Below, piece by piece: positions 39,701 through 49,925 of a stretch of 64,000 nt of DNA. Every line of letters begins with the position of its first letter. The stretch's first letter is position 1. A program made the position numbers and the translations under genes. This DNA comes from Desulfobulbales bacterium (GTDB lineage Bacteria > Desulfobacterota > Desulfobulbia > Desulfobulbales > Desulfocapsaceae), in assembly GCA_038204235.1 (NCBI GenBank), contig JBBRDD010000002.1, forward strand, positions 4,583 through 68,582, read 5' to 3'. Under the pieces are notes generated by a model. It saw nothing but the letters and a program-made list of their open reading frames with translations. It was not told the DNA's origin and ran no database searches.

Positions 39701-42700
39701 CTTGAGGCAGACACGACACCGCCGGCGGTAACCGCGTTTACCGTTCCGGCCACCGCCACTTCCCTGACTGTTTCGATCACAAGTCTTACAGCCACCGATA
39801 ATGTCGGGGTGACCGGCTACCTGGTCAATGAATCGTCCGCTGCTCCTTTGGCAACTGCCAGCGGCTGGTCCACAAAGGCCCCAACTGCCCATACGTTTAC
39901 CAGTGCCGGAACCAAGACGCTCTACGCCTGGGCAAAGGACACCACCGGTAATGTGTCGGCGGGCAGGAGCGCTTCCGTTACCATTACGGTTACCGATGCG
40001 ACACCGCCGACGGTAACCGCGTTTACCGTTCCGGCCACCGCCACTTCCCTGACTATTTCGATCACAAGTCTTACGGCCACCGATAATGTCGGAGTGACCG
40101 GCTACCTGGTCAATGAATCGTCCGCTGCTCCTTTGGCAACTGCCAGCGGCTGGTCCACAACGGCCCCAACTGCCCATGCGTTTACCACTGCCGGAACCAA
40201 GACGCTCTATGCCTGGGCAAAGGACGCCACCGGTAATGTGTCGACGGGCAGGAGCGCTTCTGTTACCATTACGGTTACCGATGTGACTCCGCCGACCGTC
40301 ACCGCAACCAGCCCTGTCAGCAACGCCACGAATATAAGCACTGTTACAGCTGTAACAGTGAGCTTCAGTGAAGCGATGAACCCCGCAACAATTAACAACA
40401 CGAATCTCGGACTCAAGAATGCATCGAACGTCGCGGTGACTGCTTTGGTCACCTATAACGCATCGACGAATACGGCGACGCTTACACCCGCGGCAGCACT
40501 TGCCAACGCAACAACTTACACAGCGACCGTCCTTGGTGGAGCAACCGGTGTTGCCGATTTGGCAGGCAATCGTCTGGCCTCAAACAAAACCTGGTCATTC
40601 ACTACCGCAGCAAACATAATTCCTCTGGCAATAGTGTCGGCACTTCCGCCGCATAATGCTCCTGTAGCCAGCACTGGAACGAGTCTTAATGTAACATTTA
40701 ACGCGGCGCTGGATGCTGCCAGCATAAACAGCACCACCTTCCTATTAAAGGATGCTGCAAATGCACTCGTGCCCGCCATCGTGACCTACGACAATTCAAA
40801 AAAACTGGCTCTTTTAAAACCAACGAATCCACTGTCCGCCACGGCAACTTATTCAGCAACGATAAAAGGCGGTGTTAATGGAGTAAAAGGTGTATCCGGA
40901 AATTCTTTGTCCACAGACTATATCTGGACTTTCACAACCAGCGCGTCTTCTCCCTATGGAAGCGGGCCCGGCGGGCCGATTCTGCTGATCACATCCACAA
41001 CCAATCCTTTCAGCCGCTACTATGCAGAAATTTTATGGGCTGAAGGGCTCAATGCTTTTACCATTAAGGATATTACAACTGTTTCAGAAGCTGTACTGGC
41101 ACAGTACGATGTGGCAATCCTGGGCGAGACCGCTCTCACCCCTGCTCAGGCTACCATGATGACCAACTGGGTCACCGGAGGCGGTAATCTGATCGCCATG
41201 CGGCCGGACAAAAAACTTGCCGGACTTGCAGGATTGACCGATGCAGGAAGTACCCTTTCAGAAGGGTATCTGCTGGTGGATACCGCATCCACGCCAGGCG
41301 CAGGCATCGTCGGACAGACGATCCAGTTCCACGGGTCGGCAGATCGGTATCTTTTAGGAGGTGCCGCAAGCCTGGCAACCCTCTATGCCGATGCGGCAAC
41401 GGCCACAGCAAATCCTGCGGTGACCCTACTCAGCGTTGGATCAAACGGCGGCAAGATTGCGACCTTTACCTATGATCTTGCGCGTTCCATTGTCTTCACC
41501 CGGCAGGGCAACCCCGCCTGGATAGGGCAGGAGCGCGATGGAATCCTGCCACTTCGCTCGGATGACCTTTTTTACGGTAATGCGATTGGAGATCCTCAAC
41601 CAGACTGGGTAAATCCCGAAAAAATTGCAATTCCGCAGGCAGACGAGCAACAGCGGCTGCTGGCCAACATGATCATCGAGATGAACTCGACCAAAAAACC
41701 ATTGCCGCGATTCTGGTATTTTCCAAATGGATATGTAGCTGCCGTTATCATGAGTGGCGACGATCACGGCAACGACGGGACAGCCGGCCGATTCGACGAC
41801 GAAATCGTAAACAGTCCGGTGAATTGCTCGGTTGAGGATTGGGATTGTATCCGAAGTTCTTCATATATGTATCCTGATCCCAGCGGTGCAGTGACCGACG
41901 CTCAGGCGGCAGCATACGATGCAGCCGGGTTTGAGATCGGAATTCACCTTACGACGAATTGCGGCAATTTTACTGCTGACTCGCTGGCGGCATTCTTCAC
42001 TGACCAGATGAATACATGGTATACCCTGTACCCCAGCCTTGCACCGCAGGTCAGCAATCGTAATCACTGCATTGCCTGGAGCGGGTTTACCATCCTACCA
42101 GAGGAAGAAGCAAAACACGGCATTCGCCTGGATGTGAACTACTACTACTGGCCGGAGACCTGGGTGGCAAACAAACCCGGTTTCTTCACCGGTTCAGGCA
42201 TGCCGATGCGTTTTGCCACCCAGGATGGCAATCTTATCGATGTCTACCAGGCCGCCACCCAGATGACCGATGAATCCGGTCAAGCCTCCCCCTACACGAT
42301 TGATGCGCTTCTCGACAAAGCGATCGGTCCTGAAGAATATTATGGGGTGTTTACCGCCAACATGCATACTGATTACGCTACGAGCGCTGATTATGATGCA
42401 CTTATTGCCTCGGCTGCTGCACGCGGAGTACCGGTCATTTCCGCCCGCCAGATGTTGAAGTGGCTCGATGCCCGCAATGGCTCCTCGTTTAATGCATTGA
42501 CCTGGAACGGCAGCTTACTCAGCTTCACGGTCTCGGCTCAACAAAGCGCCGTCGGCCTGACAGCAATGGTGCCTGTATTTTCGGGATCTGAGATAACGAG
42601 TATTACGCACAATGGAAATTCCGTCGCATTCGATATCTCGGTGATCAAAGGTATTAAGTATGCAACCTTTTATGTCTTGAACGGTGCCTATGCTGTTACA

Positions 42701-44386
42701 ATCGGCGCAGATATCACACCACCCACGGTCTCACTCAGTTCCCCGCAAAACGGCGCCGTTAATGTGAGTCCTGACGCCGCTGTGACCGTAAAATTCAATG
42801 AACCGATGACTTCGGCAACGGTCACCAGCACAAATTTTGTGCTCCGTGATGCTTCACAAACAACGGTATCGACCACGGTGACCTATGACGCACTGACAAG
42901 CACGGCAACCTTGCTGCCTTCTGCCCCGTTGGCTTACTCGACGATCTATACAGCGACAGTACAGGGCGGCGCCGGAGGACCGGCAGATGAGGCCGGCAAT
43001 ACCCTGACTTCAGACTACAGCTGGTCTTTCACCACCGCTGCCGAGCCAACATCGACTGCGCAAAGCTTATGGGACAATTTCACCACTCCTGCAGTTATAT
43101 CGGCAAACGATACCAGTGCGGTAGAGTTGGGCGTTAAGTTCCAGAGCAATGTGAGCGGCTTTATCACCGCCCTTCGTTTCTACAAGGCAGCGGCGAATAC
43201 CGGCAGTCATGTGGGCAACCTGTGGACTGCCGGTGGCACTTTGCTGGCAAGTGTTACCTTTGCCAACGAGACAGCATCGGGCTGGCAGGAGATGCCTTTA
43301 GCCACCCCGGTGGCCATTACCGCCGACACCACCTATGTAGCCTCCTACCACACCAGCGTCGGCCATTACTCGACCACCGGAGCGTATTTTGCCAGTGCAG
43401 GTTTTGCCAACCCGCCCCTGCGGGCCCTGGCTAACGGTGAAAACGGCGGCAATGGAGTTTACCTCTACGGTGCGGGTGGTTTTCCCAATCAGACCTGGAA
43501 TGCAGCAAACTACTGGGTAGACGTAGTGCTTGCTGGTGCTTTGGGGCCCGATACCACCGCACCTTCGGTCAGCACAACGCAGCCGACCGGCGGTGCGTTG
43601 AACGTCAACACTGCCACGGCTGTAACGGCGACCTTCAGCGAAGCAATGGACCAGGCTACGATCAACAGCACGACCTTCGGACTGAAGGATGCAGCGAACA
43701 TGCCGGTATCTGCTTCGGTTACATACAACCCGGCCACGAAATCGGCTACCCTTACGCCCACGGCAGCACTTGCCAATGCAATGGTCTACACCGCCTCTGT
43801 ACTCGGTGGATCAGGTGGGGTAACGGACCTGGCCGGCAATCCTCTAGGCCCAGACCGCATCTGGTCTTTTACCACTGCTGCCCAGCAGTCATCAACCACG
43901 CAGAGTTTGTGGGACAATTCCATCATACCGGCAGTTTTATCTGAAACAGATACCAACGCTGTTGAGCTGGGCGTTAAGTTTCAAAGCAGTGTGAACGGGT
44001 TTATAACCGCCCTTCGTTTTTACAAGGGTTCGGCGAATACCGGCATCCACGTGGGCAACCTATGGAGTGCTACCGGCACCTTGCTGGGGAGTGTAACTTT
44101 TACCAACGAGACAGCATCGGGGTGGCAGGAGATGGCCCTGCCCTCTGCGGTGGCCATTGCCGCTAACACCACCTATGTCGCCTCTTATCACACCAATGTG
44201 GGTCTATATTCCTTCAACGGAGCTTATTTCACAGGATCCGGGTTTAGCAACCCACCCCTCAAAGCCCTGGGCGATGGAGAAAACGGCGGCAACGGCGTCT
44301 ACCTCTACGGGGCAGGCGGCTTTCCAAACCAGACCTGGAATGCAACAAACTACTGGGTAGACGTGGTATTCAGCCCTTCGGAGTAA
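36797..44386 (+). CDS. Giant secreted multidomain protein: 4x DUF4082, multiple Ig-like (Big_5) domains, PHP/CehA-McbA-like metallohydrolase, deacetylase-like domain
   Basis: Signal peptide (..PSHSA). Repeated ELGVKF...RFYK...SGWQE...YVASYH...NYWVDVVF. FSEPMD/FSEAM Ig domains. WYTGDLHVH...GGSDFP. SGDDHG...EIGIH...NRNH. Confidence 0.88.
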   Translation: MNMRSRQILTKKVALMLVSWIFILYPLPSHSATMWNVSDTPAQPAVTDGQALELGVKFQADINGYITGLRFYKGAANTGVHTGNLWARTGALLASATYINETASGWQEVQFSPPVAIQAGTTYVASYHSSAGYYAFTADYFATNHYTPPLRALANGEDGGNGVYKYGTSGFPTETWNSSNYWVDVVFSPSETNDTIPPTITAFTVPPTASSLTVAISEFTATDNVWVTGYLVNESSTAPLATASGWSSTVQTSYAFSTAGNKTLYAWAKDAAGNVSASMSASVVITSQVATLEPAGWYTGDLHVHRSCGGAPIDMQTMYDTMNAENLSVISLLADMGNGEVQDPILDLPKVNGLDDPISTPGRIVHWDAEWHWDATYFEYPHQALGGHILALGLSEAHQIWEEYTYPIFDWVHQQNGIAGFAHMQYLGDGIPQDLNCCGPVEYPVEVALGTVDFLSEDAINGDDSFINAYYRLLNTGFRPGFAGGSDFPCNSGVGTFLTYAQTADGELTYRNWIEGIAQGRTVISRNGHNEFLQLTVNGNATPGDQINLSGGGSVPVAIQWTANQNLTGTIELVQNGVVVASGQGSVAPGLPASLNATVTFAKSGWLAARRMSSNGYKVHTAAVFVLVDNAPVRASIADAEFYVQWIDNLLAKTSPGGDWNSYFPNNLIQAQTRYQQARAVFQQIAVEAGSVDTLPTVTLVSPADGALYVNVATPVKAVFSEPMDVATINSSTFELRDAASTLISATVSYDGTTNTATLTPVTALGESTGYTAKVLSGPAGVKDVTGNPLTSERSWSFTTAVQSTSTPHSLWDNSVIPALLSDSDTNAVELGVKFTSNADGLITALRFYKAAANTGTHVGNLWTTGGTLLASVTFTNETASGWQEMPLATPVAITAGTAYVASYHTNVGRYSANGAYFANSGFDNPPLRALANGENGANGVYLYGAGGFPNQTWNATNYWVDVVFSASLEADTTPPAVTAFTVPATATSLTVSITSLTATDNVGVTGYLVNESSAAPLATASGWSTKAPTAHTFTSAGTKTLYAWAKDTTGNVSAGRSASVTITVTDATPPTVTAFTVPATATSLTISITSLTATDNVGVTGYLVNESSAAPLATASGWSTTAPTAHAFTTAGTKTLYAWAKDATGNVSTGRSASVTITVTDVTPPTVTATSPVSNATNISTVTAVTVSFSEAMNPATINNTNLGLKNASNVAVTALVTYNASTNTATLTPAAALANATTYTATVLGGATGVADLAGNRLASNKTWSFTTAANIIPLAIVSALPPHNAPVASTGTSLNVTFNAALDAASINSTTFLLKDAANALVPAIVTYDNSKKLALLKPTNPLSATATYSATIKGGVNGVKGVSGNSLSTDYIWTFTTSASSPYGSGPGGPILLITSTTNPFSRYYAEILWAEGLNAFTIKDITTVSEAVLAQYDVAILGETALTPAQATMMTNWVTGGGNLIAMRPDKKLAGLAGLTDAGSTLSEGYLLVDTASTPGAGIVGQTIQFHGSADRYLLGGAASLATLYADAATATANPAVTLLSVGSNGGKIATFTYDLARSIVFTRQGNPAWIGQERDGILPLRSDDLFYGNAIGDPQPDWVNPEKIAIPQADEQQRLLANMIIEMNSTKKPLPRFWYFPNGYVAAVIMSGDDHGNDGTAGRFDDEIVNSPVNCSVEDWDCIRSSSYMYPDPSGAVTDAQAAAYDAAGFEIGIHLTTNCGNFTADSLAAFFTDQMNTWYTLYPSLAPQVSNRNHCIAWSGFTILPEEEAKHGIRLDVNYYYWPETWVANKPGFFTGSGMPMRFATQDGNLIDVYQAATQMTDESGQASPYTIDALLDKAIGPEEYYGVFTANMHTDYATSADYDALIASAAARGVPVISARQMLKWLDARNGSSFNALTWNGSLLSFTVSAQQSAVGLTAMVPVFSGSEITSITHNGNSVAFDISVIKGIKYATFYVLNGAYAVTIGADITPPTVSLSSPQNGAVNVSPDAAVTVKFNEPMTSATVTSTNFVLRDASQTTVSTTVTYDALTSTATLLPSAPLAYSTIYTATVQGGAGGPADEAGNTLTSDYSWSFTTAAEPTSTAQSLWDNFTTPAVISANDTSAVELGVKFQSNVSGFITALRFYKAAANTGSHVGNLWTAGGTLLASVTFANETASGWQEMPLATPVAITADTTYVASYHTSVGHYSTTGAYFASAGFANPPLRALANGENGGNGVYLYGAGGFPNQTWNAANYWVDVVLAGALGPDTTAPSVSTTQPTGGALNVNTATAVTATFSEAMDQATINSTTFGLKDAANMPVSASVTYNPATKSATLTPTAALANAMVYTASVLGGSGGVTDLAGNPLGPDRIWSFTTAAQQSSTTQSLWDNSIIPAVLSETDTNAVELGVKFQSSVNGFITALRFYKGSANTGIHVGNLWSATGTLLGSVTFTNETASGWQEMALPSAVAIAANTTYVASYHTNVGLYSFNGAYFTGSGFSNPPLKALGDGENGGNGVYLYGAGGFPNQTWNATNYWVDVVFSPSE
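39712..40285 (+). repeat. Near-identical 285-bp tandem repeat (95-aa 'DTTPPxVTAFTVP' module), with a third diverged copy at about 37375-37650
   Basis: ggtaaccgcgtttaccgttccggccacc occurs at 39727 and 40012. Confidence 0.9.
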
Positions 44387-44743
44387 TTGACCTGCAGAAA
44401 TAAATGGGTGTTGGGATACAGGCGGGAAAGACTCAGGATATACGGCAAATGCACGTATATCCTGAGCAGGGAAAAGGAAGTAAAAAGAATTCTATCTGTC
44501 CGGCCACCGGCCGAAGTTATTCGGTACAAAGAGATACCCCATCATCATTTTATAGCCAGAAATAGATGCCAAGATATTTACTCCAAAAGCAAGACCATCC
44601 AACCAGCGACGAGACGAATCAATATTCCACCAGTTTCTGTGTCACCGTGTAAGCGATTGACCTTATAGATAACAATCGCTCAGATCACAACGGCTTCATC
44701 CTTTCGACCTGCAGATAAGACCCCTGGTGATTCCAACCAAACC

Positions 44744-47700
44744 TCATTGCACCTCAAATACAACATCCACCCAGTAGTTTGTTGCATTCCAGGTCTGGCT
44801 GGGAAAGCCGCCTGCCCCGTAGAGATAGACGCCGTTGGCGCCATCCTCACCGCTGGCCAGGGCGCGCAGAGGCGACTTGTCATACCCTGACCCGGTAAAA
44901 TAATCTATGTCGGCAGAATACCTCCCCACTCCAGTATGATAGGAAACCACATACGTGGTGTTTGGTCGTATGGCTAGTGGAGTCGGCAGTGGCATCTCCT
45001 GCCAGCCCGAAGCTGTCTCATTTCTAAATGTGACACTGGCCAGTAAAGTGCCACTTGCTGTCCACAGGTTGCCAGTATGCGTGCCGGTGTTCGAGACACT
45101 CTTGTAAAATCGCAACGCAGTTATCACCCCGTCGACATCACTGCGAAACTTCATCCCCAGCTCCACCGCGTTTGTATCCGAGGCAGCCAATACAGCAGGG
45201 AAAGCAGCATCATCCCAGAAGCTGAGAAAAACTGGTATATTGTCCACCTTGGTGGTAAAGGACCAGCTGTGGTCCGTTGCCAGGGGTTGGCCTGCAATAT
45301 CAGTTACACCGCCTGCGCCACCATATACCACGACCTGATACGCTGTATTACTTTCCAGTAAATTTGCCGGTTTCAGTGTGACGGCATGGGTTGTACTGTT
45401 ATATGTCACGTCAGCTGCCACCTGCACGCCGGCTGCGTTCAGCAGTTCGATAGTGGTCTTATTGGTAGTCATTGCATCCATCGCTTCACTGAAGGTGATG
45501 TTGATGACTTGGTCTAGACTGACACTTTCCGTGCCGGGTGGTGGTGACACCGATGTAATCTCAGGTGCTGCATTGGGGATGTCTTGCACCAGGTTCGACT
45601 GAAAGACAACATCCACCCAGTAGTTCGTTGCATTCCATGTCTGGTTGGGAAAGCCGCCCGCCCCGTAGAGATAGACGCCGTTACCGCCATCCTCACCGCT
45701 GGCCAGGGCGCGCAGAGGCGACTTGTCATACCCTGACCCGGTAAAATAATCCATGTCGGCAGAGTACCGCCCCACTTCAGTATGATAGGAAACCACATAC
45801 GTAGTGTTTGTTCGTATGGCTACTGGAGTCGGCAGTGGCATCTCCTGCCAGCCCGAAGCTGTCTCATTTCTAAATGTAACACTGGCCAGCAAGCTACCAT
45901 CTGCCGTCCACAGGCTGCCAGTATGCGTGCCGGTGTTTGACACACTCTTGTAAAATCGCAACGCAGTTATTATTCCGTCGACATCACCGCGAAACTTCAT
46001 GCCCAGCTCCACCGCGTTTGTATCCGGGGCGGCCAATATTGTTGGAATCGCAGCATCATCCCAGAAGCTGAGAAAAACCGGTATACTGTCAATCTTGGTA
46101 GTAAAGGACCAGCTGTGGTCAGTTGCCAGGGGTTGGCCTGCAATATCCGCTACACTGCCTGCGCCACCATCGACTACAACCTGATACGCGGTATTACTTT
46201 CCATGAGATCTGCCGGCTTTAGGGTGACGGTATAGGTTGTACTGTTATATGTCACGTCAGCTGCCACCTGCACACCGGCTGCGTTCAGCAGTCCGATAGT
46301 GGTCTTACTGATAGTCATTACATCCATCGGTTCACTGAAGGTGATGGTGATGACCTGGTCTAGACTGACACCTTCCGTGCCGGGTGGTGGAAACACCGAT
46401 GTTATCTCAGGTGCTGCATTGTAGGTTTTTTGCACCTCAACAAGCAAAACTGGTGTGCTGGTTTCGTTACCGGCGGCATCGCGGGCAATTGCCGTCAGCG
46501 AGTGCATGCCTTCGGCTACGCTGCTCGAATCCCAGACCAGCTGAAACGGTGCCTTCACAACCTCACCCAGCCACGATCCGTCAAGTTCGAAAATAACCCC
46601 TGCAATCTCAGTGTCACTGGACGTATTCGCTTCAAGAACAATCGTTCCAGAGATGACAGCTCCGTCCTGCGGGCTGACCAGAGACACGTTCAGCCCGCTC
46701 GTTCCGGCCTCACCTCCGGTTAATGATGCAACAAAAGTGTCCCGGTCACGTAAAATTTCACCCGAGGACAAGGCCCGGTTATAGATCCGGACTTCGTCAA
46801 TCAATCCTGAGAAATATTCCCCCCACATATTATTGCCACCGATCTGAAGAGGGCCACTACTGTTGAAGAGGCTTCCTGACACTGGAGCTGACGTCACTTT
46901 GCTTCCGTCAACAAATAAAATCAATTCACTTCCGTCATACGTCGCGGCTAAATGGGTCCAGGTGTTAGCTGGCAACGTCGGTCCAAATGCCGATATATCC
47001 CCGACACCCGTATTGATATACACACTGCCACGACGGCCAAGATCGTCAGAGGCATACAGCGCGTAAGAAAGGCCGTTATTGCTTTGCTTCATCAGCACAT
47101 TGCGCCACCCTGCAGCTGTACTCGGATTTATCCACGCCATTATCGTCATACCGGAGCTGAGATCAAGAGAGGCCGCATCCGCGACACTCACAAGGTCACC
47201 ATTCCCATTAAAAGAAAGCGCCGATCCGTAACGACCTTCAGTGCTCCAGGTTGCTCCCTCTACAACACCGTCGTACGTACCGGTGCTTGAGTCAAAAACC
47301 TGACTGCCGGTTTCCTCATCAAAACCATATGCCGCGACAAGTCCCAGCGACTCGGTTGGAACTGGCGAATCAGATGCACCGGCGAGAATCTGAACGTTCG
47401 TGCCGCTATCATGACGCACACGAAAGACACCAGTAGCCGTGTTATACGTCCATCCCTGCTGGCTCAGGCTGGCAACCTGCCCCAAGGATTGGCCATTTAC
47501 CAGAACTCTGGTGGGTGTAAAGGCAAGACGCATTGTTTCAGTTGAGGCGCTGTCATAGGTGGTATACGTCACTGCATCATTGGCCGGAGCATAGGAAACG
47601 GACTGAATGACTGAGGTCGAATGGGTGATATGGTTCTGTCCGGCCGGTGCCCATTCTGGTATCGCCCCAAGCGCCACCATAAAATGACGGATGTAATCTC

Positions 47701-49027
47701 CGTGTCCATCCGTGAACCATGAAGGCGGATTGGAAGCATACTCTGCCGGACCTTCGATCACCACCCCGTTGTCTCGACACATGTAGGTGCTCCAGTTGAG
47801 CGAGCGGTATGCTTTTTCCTTCGCGCTCTCATCCCCTGTGGCCAGATAATAGAGCGCATTCACACTGGCGTATCGAGCGGTGTGACTCGCCATTTTATAT
47901 TTGTAAAGTACCTGTTCAGAGATTACCTGGGCTCCATACTGAATTCCTGATTCTCCGTAATCTACACCACCAAAATTTGTTTCGATGAATTTAATGAGAT
48001 GAGCGGCATGTGCCTGCCAATTGGGATCAGATCCAGGGTTTTCCAGAATATATCGCGCAGTTTGACCCGGATTATACTGGTTGACATTGCTCAGGTCGTT
48101 AGACTGCGGCCTCACGTCCTCAAAATAGTTGGACCATACATCGTTTTGCATCGGGTAGGCCACAAGCCAGTTCCAGGCTATTTCCCTTGCTTTTCGATAG
48201 GCATTGGTATCTCCCAGATTCATTCGAATCAACTCATCGAAAAGCCGAATCGAGGCGATAACATGTGAGCTGTAATTTTCCTGCTGATAAACTGCTCCAG
48301 TCTGTGCTGTCACCCGAAACGGCCATGGTGACATTGTTGCAGACAACGCACTTTCGGGCCGTATATTTTTTGCCAAGGCATCGGAACAACGAATTGCCGC
48401 CTCAAGATAGCGGGAATCACCGGTTAACTGATAAAACCGCAGATATCCATGAAATCCTAATTCGCCGACTTTGTCCGGTTCGAGAACGCCCACGCCTTCC
48501 CACATTGCATCATTACCATACCCGACAGAACCTGCGGCAGCCGTGGACCACGGAACCCCTCCCCAGACATAACTTTGTGGGGTTGAGCCAGACAAAAGCT
48601 GATGATCCAAAAGTCCGACTACTTCGTTTATAACCTCACGGTCTCCTGAATACGCGTAATAGAGCAATGCGGCATCTGCAAGCATCGCATTCTTGCCTGC
48701 AGGATTATTCGGCCAGGATGTACCGGATAAATCGTCAGGGTTGTATTCGCTATGGGTGTAAATAACCTTCAGACCGTTAGACCGGTCGATCGGAATTTTG
48801 TTTTTAAGGAGGTCCCAGGACAAAAACATCACCCGGTCGTACCCGTCGGCGGGATTCTGCGTCCATGGGATGATTTTGCCGAAATTATCCAAAACAACTG
48901 TATGCCCGTTCAATGACGCTGCGTGTGCTGAAGCGTTAAAAGAGGAGGGCCTAATAATGCTGGCAAAAATTATACAAATACACAGAATAAAAGAAAGTGG
49001 CAGGGGGTTTCGATTAGAACCAATCAT
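44744..49027 (-). CDS. Large secreted protein: putative helical glycan-active domain, LamG, Ig-like domains, 2x (Big_5 + DUF4082)
   Basis: Signal peptide (..ASAHA). LamG motifs GLVAAYGFDE, WTHLAATYDG and GLIDEVRIYNRALS. DUF4082 repeats. Start at 49027 follows AAGGAG. Confidence 0.85.
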   Translation of the reverse strand: MIGSNRNPLPLSFILCICIIFASIIRPSSFNASAHAASLNGHTVVLDNFGKIIPWTQNPADGYDRVMFLSWDLLKNKIPIDRSNGLKVIYTHSEYNPDDLSGTSWPNNPAGKNAMLADAALLYYAYSGDREVINEVVGLLDHQLLSGSTPQSYVWGGVPWSTAAAGSVGYGNDAMWEGVGVLEPDKVGELGFHGYLRFYQLTGDSRYLEAAIRCSDALAKNIRPESALSATMSPWPFRVTAQTGAVYQQENYSSHVIASIRLFDELIRMNLGDTNAYRKAREIAWNWLVAYPMQNDVWSNYFEDVRPQSNDLSNVNQYNPGQTARYILENPGSDPNWQAHAAHLIKFIETNFGGVDYGESGIQYGAQVISEQVLYKYKMASHTARYASVNALYYLATGDESAKEKAYRSLNWSTYMCRDNGVVIEGPAEYASNPPSWFTDGHGDYIRHFMVALGAIPEWAPAGQNHITHSTSVIQSVSYAPANDAVTYTTYDSASTETMRLAFTPTRVLVNGQSLGQVASLSQQGWTYNTATGVFRVRHDSGTNVQILAGASDSPVPTESLGLVAAYGFDEETGSQVFDSSTGTYDGVVEGATWSTEGRYGSALSFNGNGDLVSVADAASLDLSSGMTIMAWINPSTAAGWRNVLMKQSNNGLSYALYASDDLGRRGSVYINTGVGDISAFGPTLPANTWTHLAATYDGSELILFVDGSKVTSAPVSGSLFNSSGPLQIGGNNMWGEYFSGLIDEVRIYNRALSSGEILRDRDTFVASLTGGEAGTSGLNVSLVSPQDGAVISGTIVLEANTSSDTEIAGVIFELDGSWLGEVVKAPFQLVWDSSSVAEGMHSLTAIARDAAGNETSTPVLLVEVQKTYNAAPEITSVFPPPGTEGVSLDQVITITFSEPMDVMTISKTTIGLLNAAGVQVAADVTYNSTTYTVTLKPADLMESNTAYQVVVDGGAGSVADIAGQPLATDHSWSFTTKIDSIPVFLSFWDDAAIPTILAAPDTNAVELGMKFRGDVDGIITALRFYKSVSNTGTHTGSLWTADGSLLASVTFRNETASGWQEMPLPTPVAIRTNTTYVVSYHTEVGRYSADMDYFTGSGYDKSPLRALASGEDGGNGVYLYGAGGFPNQTWNATNYWVDVVFQSNLVQDIPNAAPEITSVSPPPGTESVSLDQVINITFSEAMDAMTTNKTTIELLNAAGVQVAADVTYNSTTHAVTLKPANLLESNTAYQVVVYGGAGGVTDIAGQPLATDHSWSFTTKVDNIPVFLSFWDDAAFPAVLAASDTNAVELGMKFRSDVDGVITALRFYKSVSNTGTHTGNLWTASGTLLASVTFRNETASGWQEMPLPTPLAIRPNTTYVVSYHTGVGRYSADIDYFTGSGYDKSPLRALASGEDGANGVYLYGAGGFPSQTWNATNYWVDVVFEVQ
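44750..46420 (-). repeat. 846-bp tandem duplication (Big_5 + DUF4082)
   Basis: atccacccagtagtt occurs at 44765 and 45611. The protein repeat NAAPEITSV...NYWVDVVF appears twice. Confidence 0.9.
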
Positions 49028-49909
49028 TGTGTTCTCCTTTACTCGAAAGGCTGTAACGCTGGCAACAGAATACCGTTCACTTATTGGCTTTTCAAACGCA
49101 CATATCATTGGCCAAAGCTTGTGCTCACTTTTAGAAATGTGAGCTGATTGATGTCCGCATTGACGCGTGATTCCCTGACTTTTTTACCGTACCTGATGTC
49201 TTGAAAAAGCGGACAACGTTTTGTCTTCATTGCATAATATTTAGAGCGCAATTAGTACATATGTAATGCAGCCCCAACATGAAGGCAACCCCAACAGAGA
49301 AGTCGCTCCATCTGTAAATAATACAATGGATAGATTTGTCTGTATGGGCTGAAAACTCCATTGCACGCTCATGTTGTTATATTTCCGGCAGTACACATCA
49401 TGAAACAGGCAAGCGACTTGTTAAGACTGCGGTGGCAAAATGTGTGGACGCACCTGATTGAGTAGGGGTAATTCCAGTAAGTGCTGCTTACGACATTAGG
49501 GCCAAAGCTCTCCCCAGCGCCACGGCCGCAGTGCAATCGCCGACCATCAACCGATTTATGGCATTATATGTTTGGCGCTCAAAACTCTCAGGCCTAAACT
49601 GCTTCGAGCATTCCACAGGAATCAGGTAGAACTTCCTGGATATGCAGTCACATAACCATTCGACCACAGAATTGATTATTCACATAATACCAAAATCTTT
49701 GCGAGACTACGCCTTCATGCTTGGTAATGTGTCTGCACACAATGATTGTGCTATTCATTTCCAATCATTGTGAACGGAACGGATTAATCACTTTTTCTTT
49801 GCATCCCTCCTTGTTAAGAAGTTCAAGTGTATTATAAAAAAGATATTGAATTAAAATTCGAAACTGTAAAGCCTATGTGAATAATTTCGAAATTCACAAA
49901 TGTTAATCT

Positions 49910-49925
49910 TGCAATATTTGCTCCA
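49910..49925 (-). promoter_or_regulatory. Possible sigma-54 promoter
   Basis: Minus strand reads TGGAGCAAATATTGCA (GG-N10-GC, perfect TTGCA) and points toward the 49027 gene, but lies about 880 bp upstream. Confidence 0.35.

Noticed and set aside
39200-46420. Recurring similar sequences as a CRISPR array or mobile element
   Set aside because: They are in-frame protein domain repeats, not short repeats with unique spacers.
49430-49620. GGCAAAA..GGACGCA and AAAAC..GGCCTAAAC fragments resembling a c-di-GMP-I riboswitch
   Set aside because: Spacing and stems do not assemble into the GEMM fold by eye; an Infernal scan would settle it.
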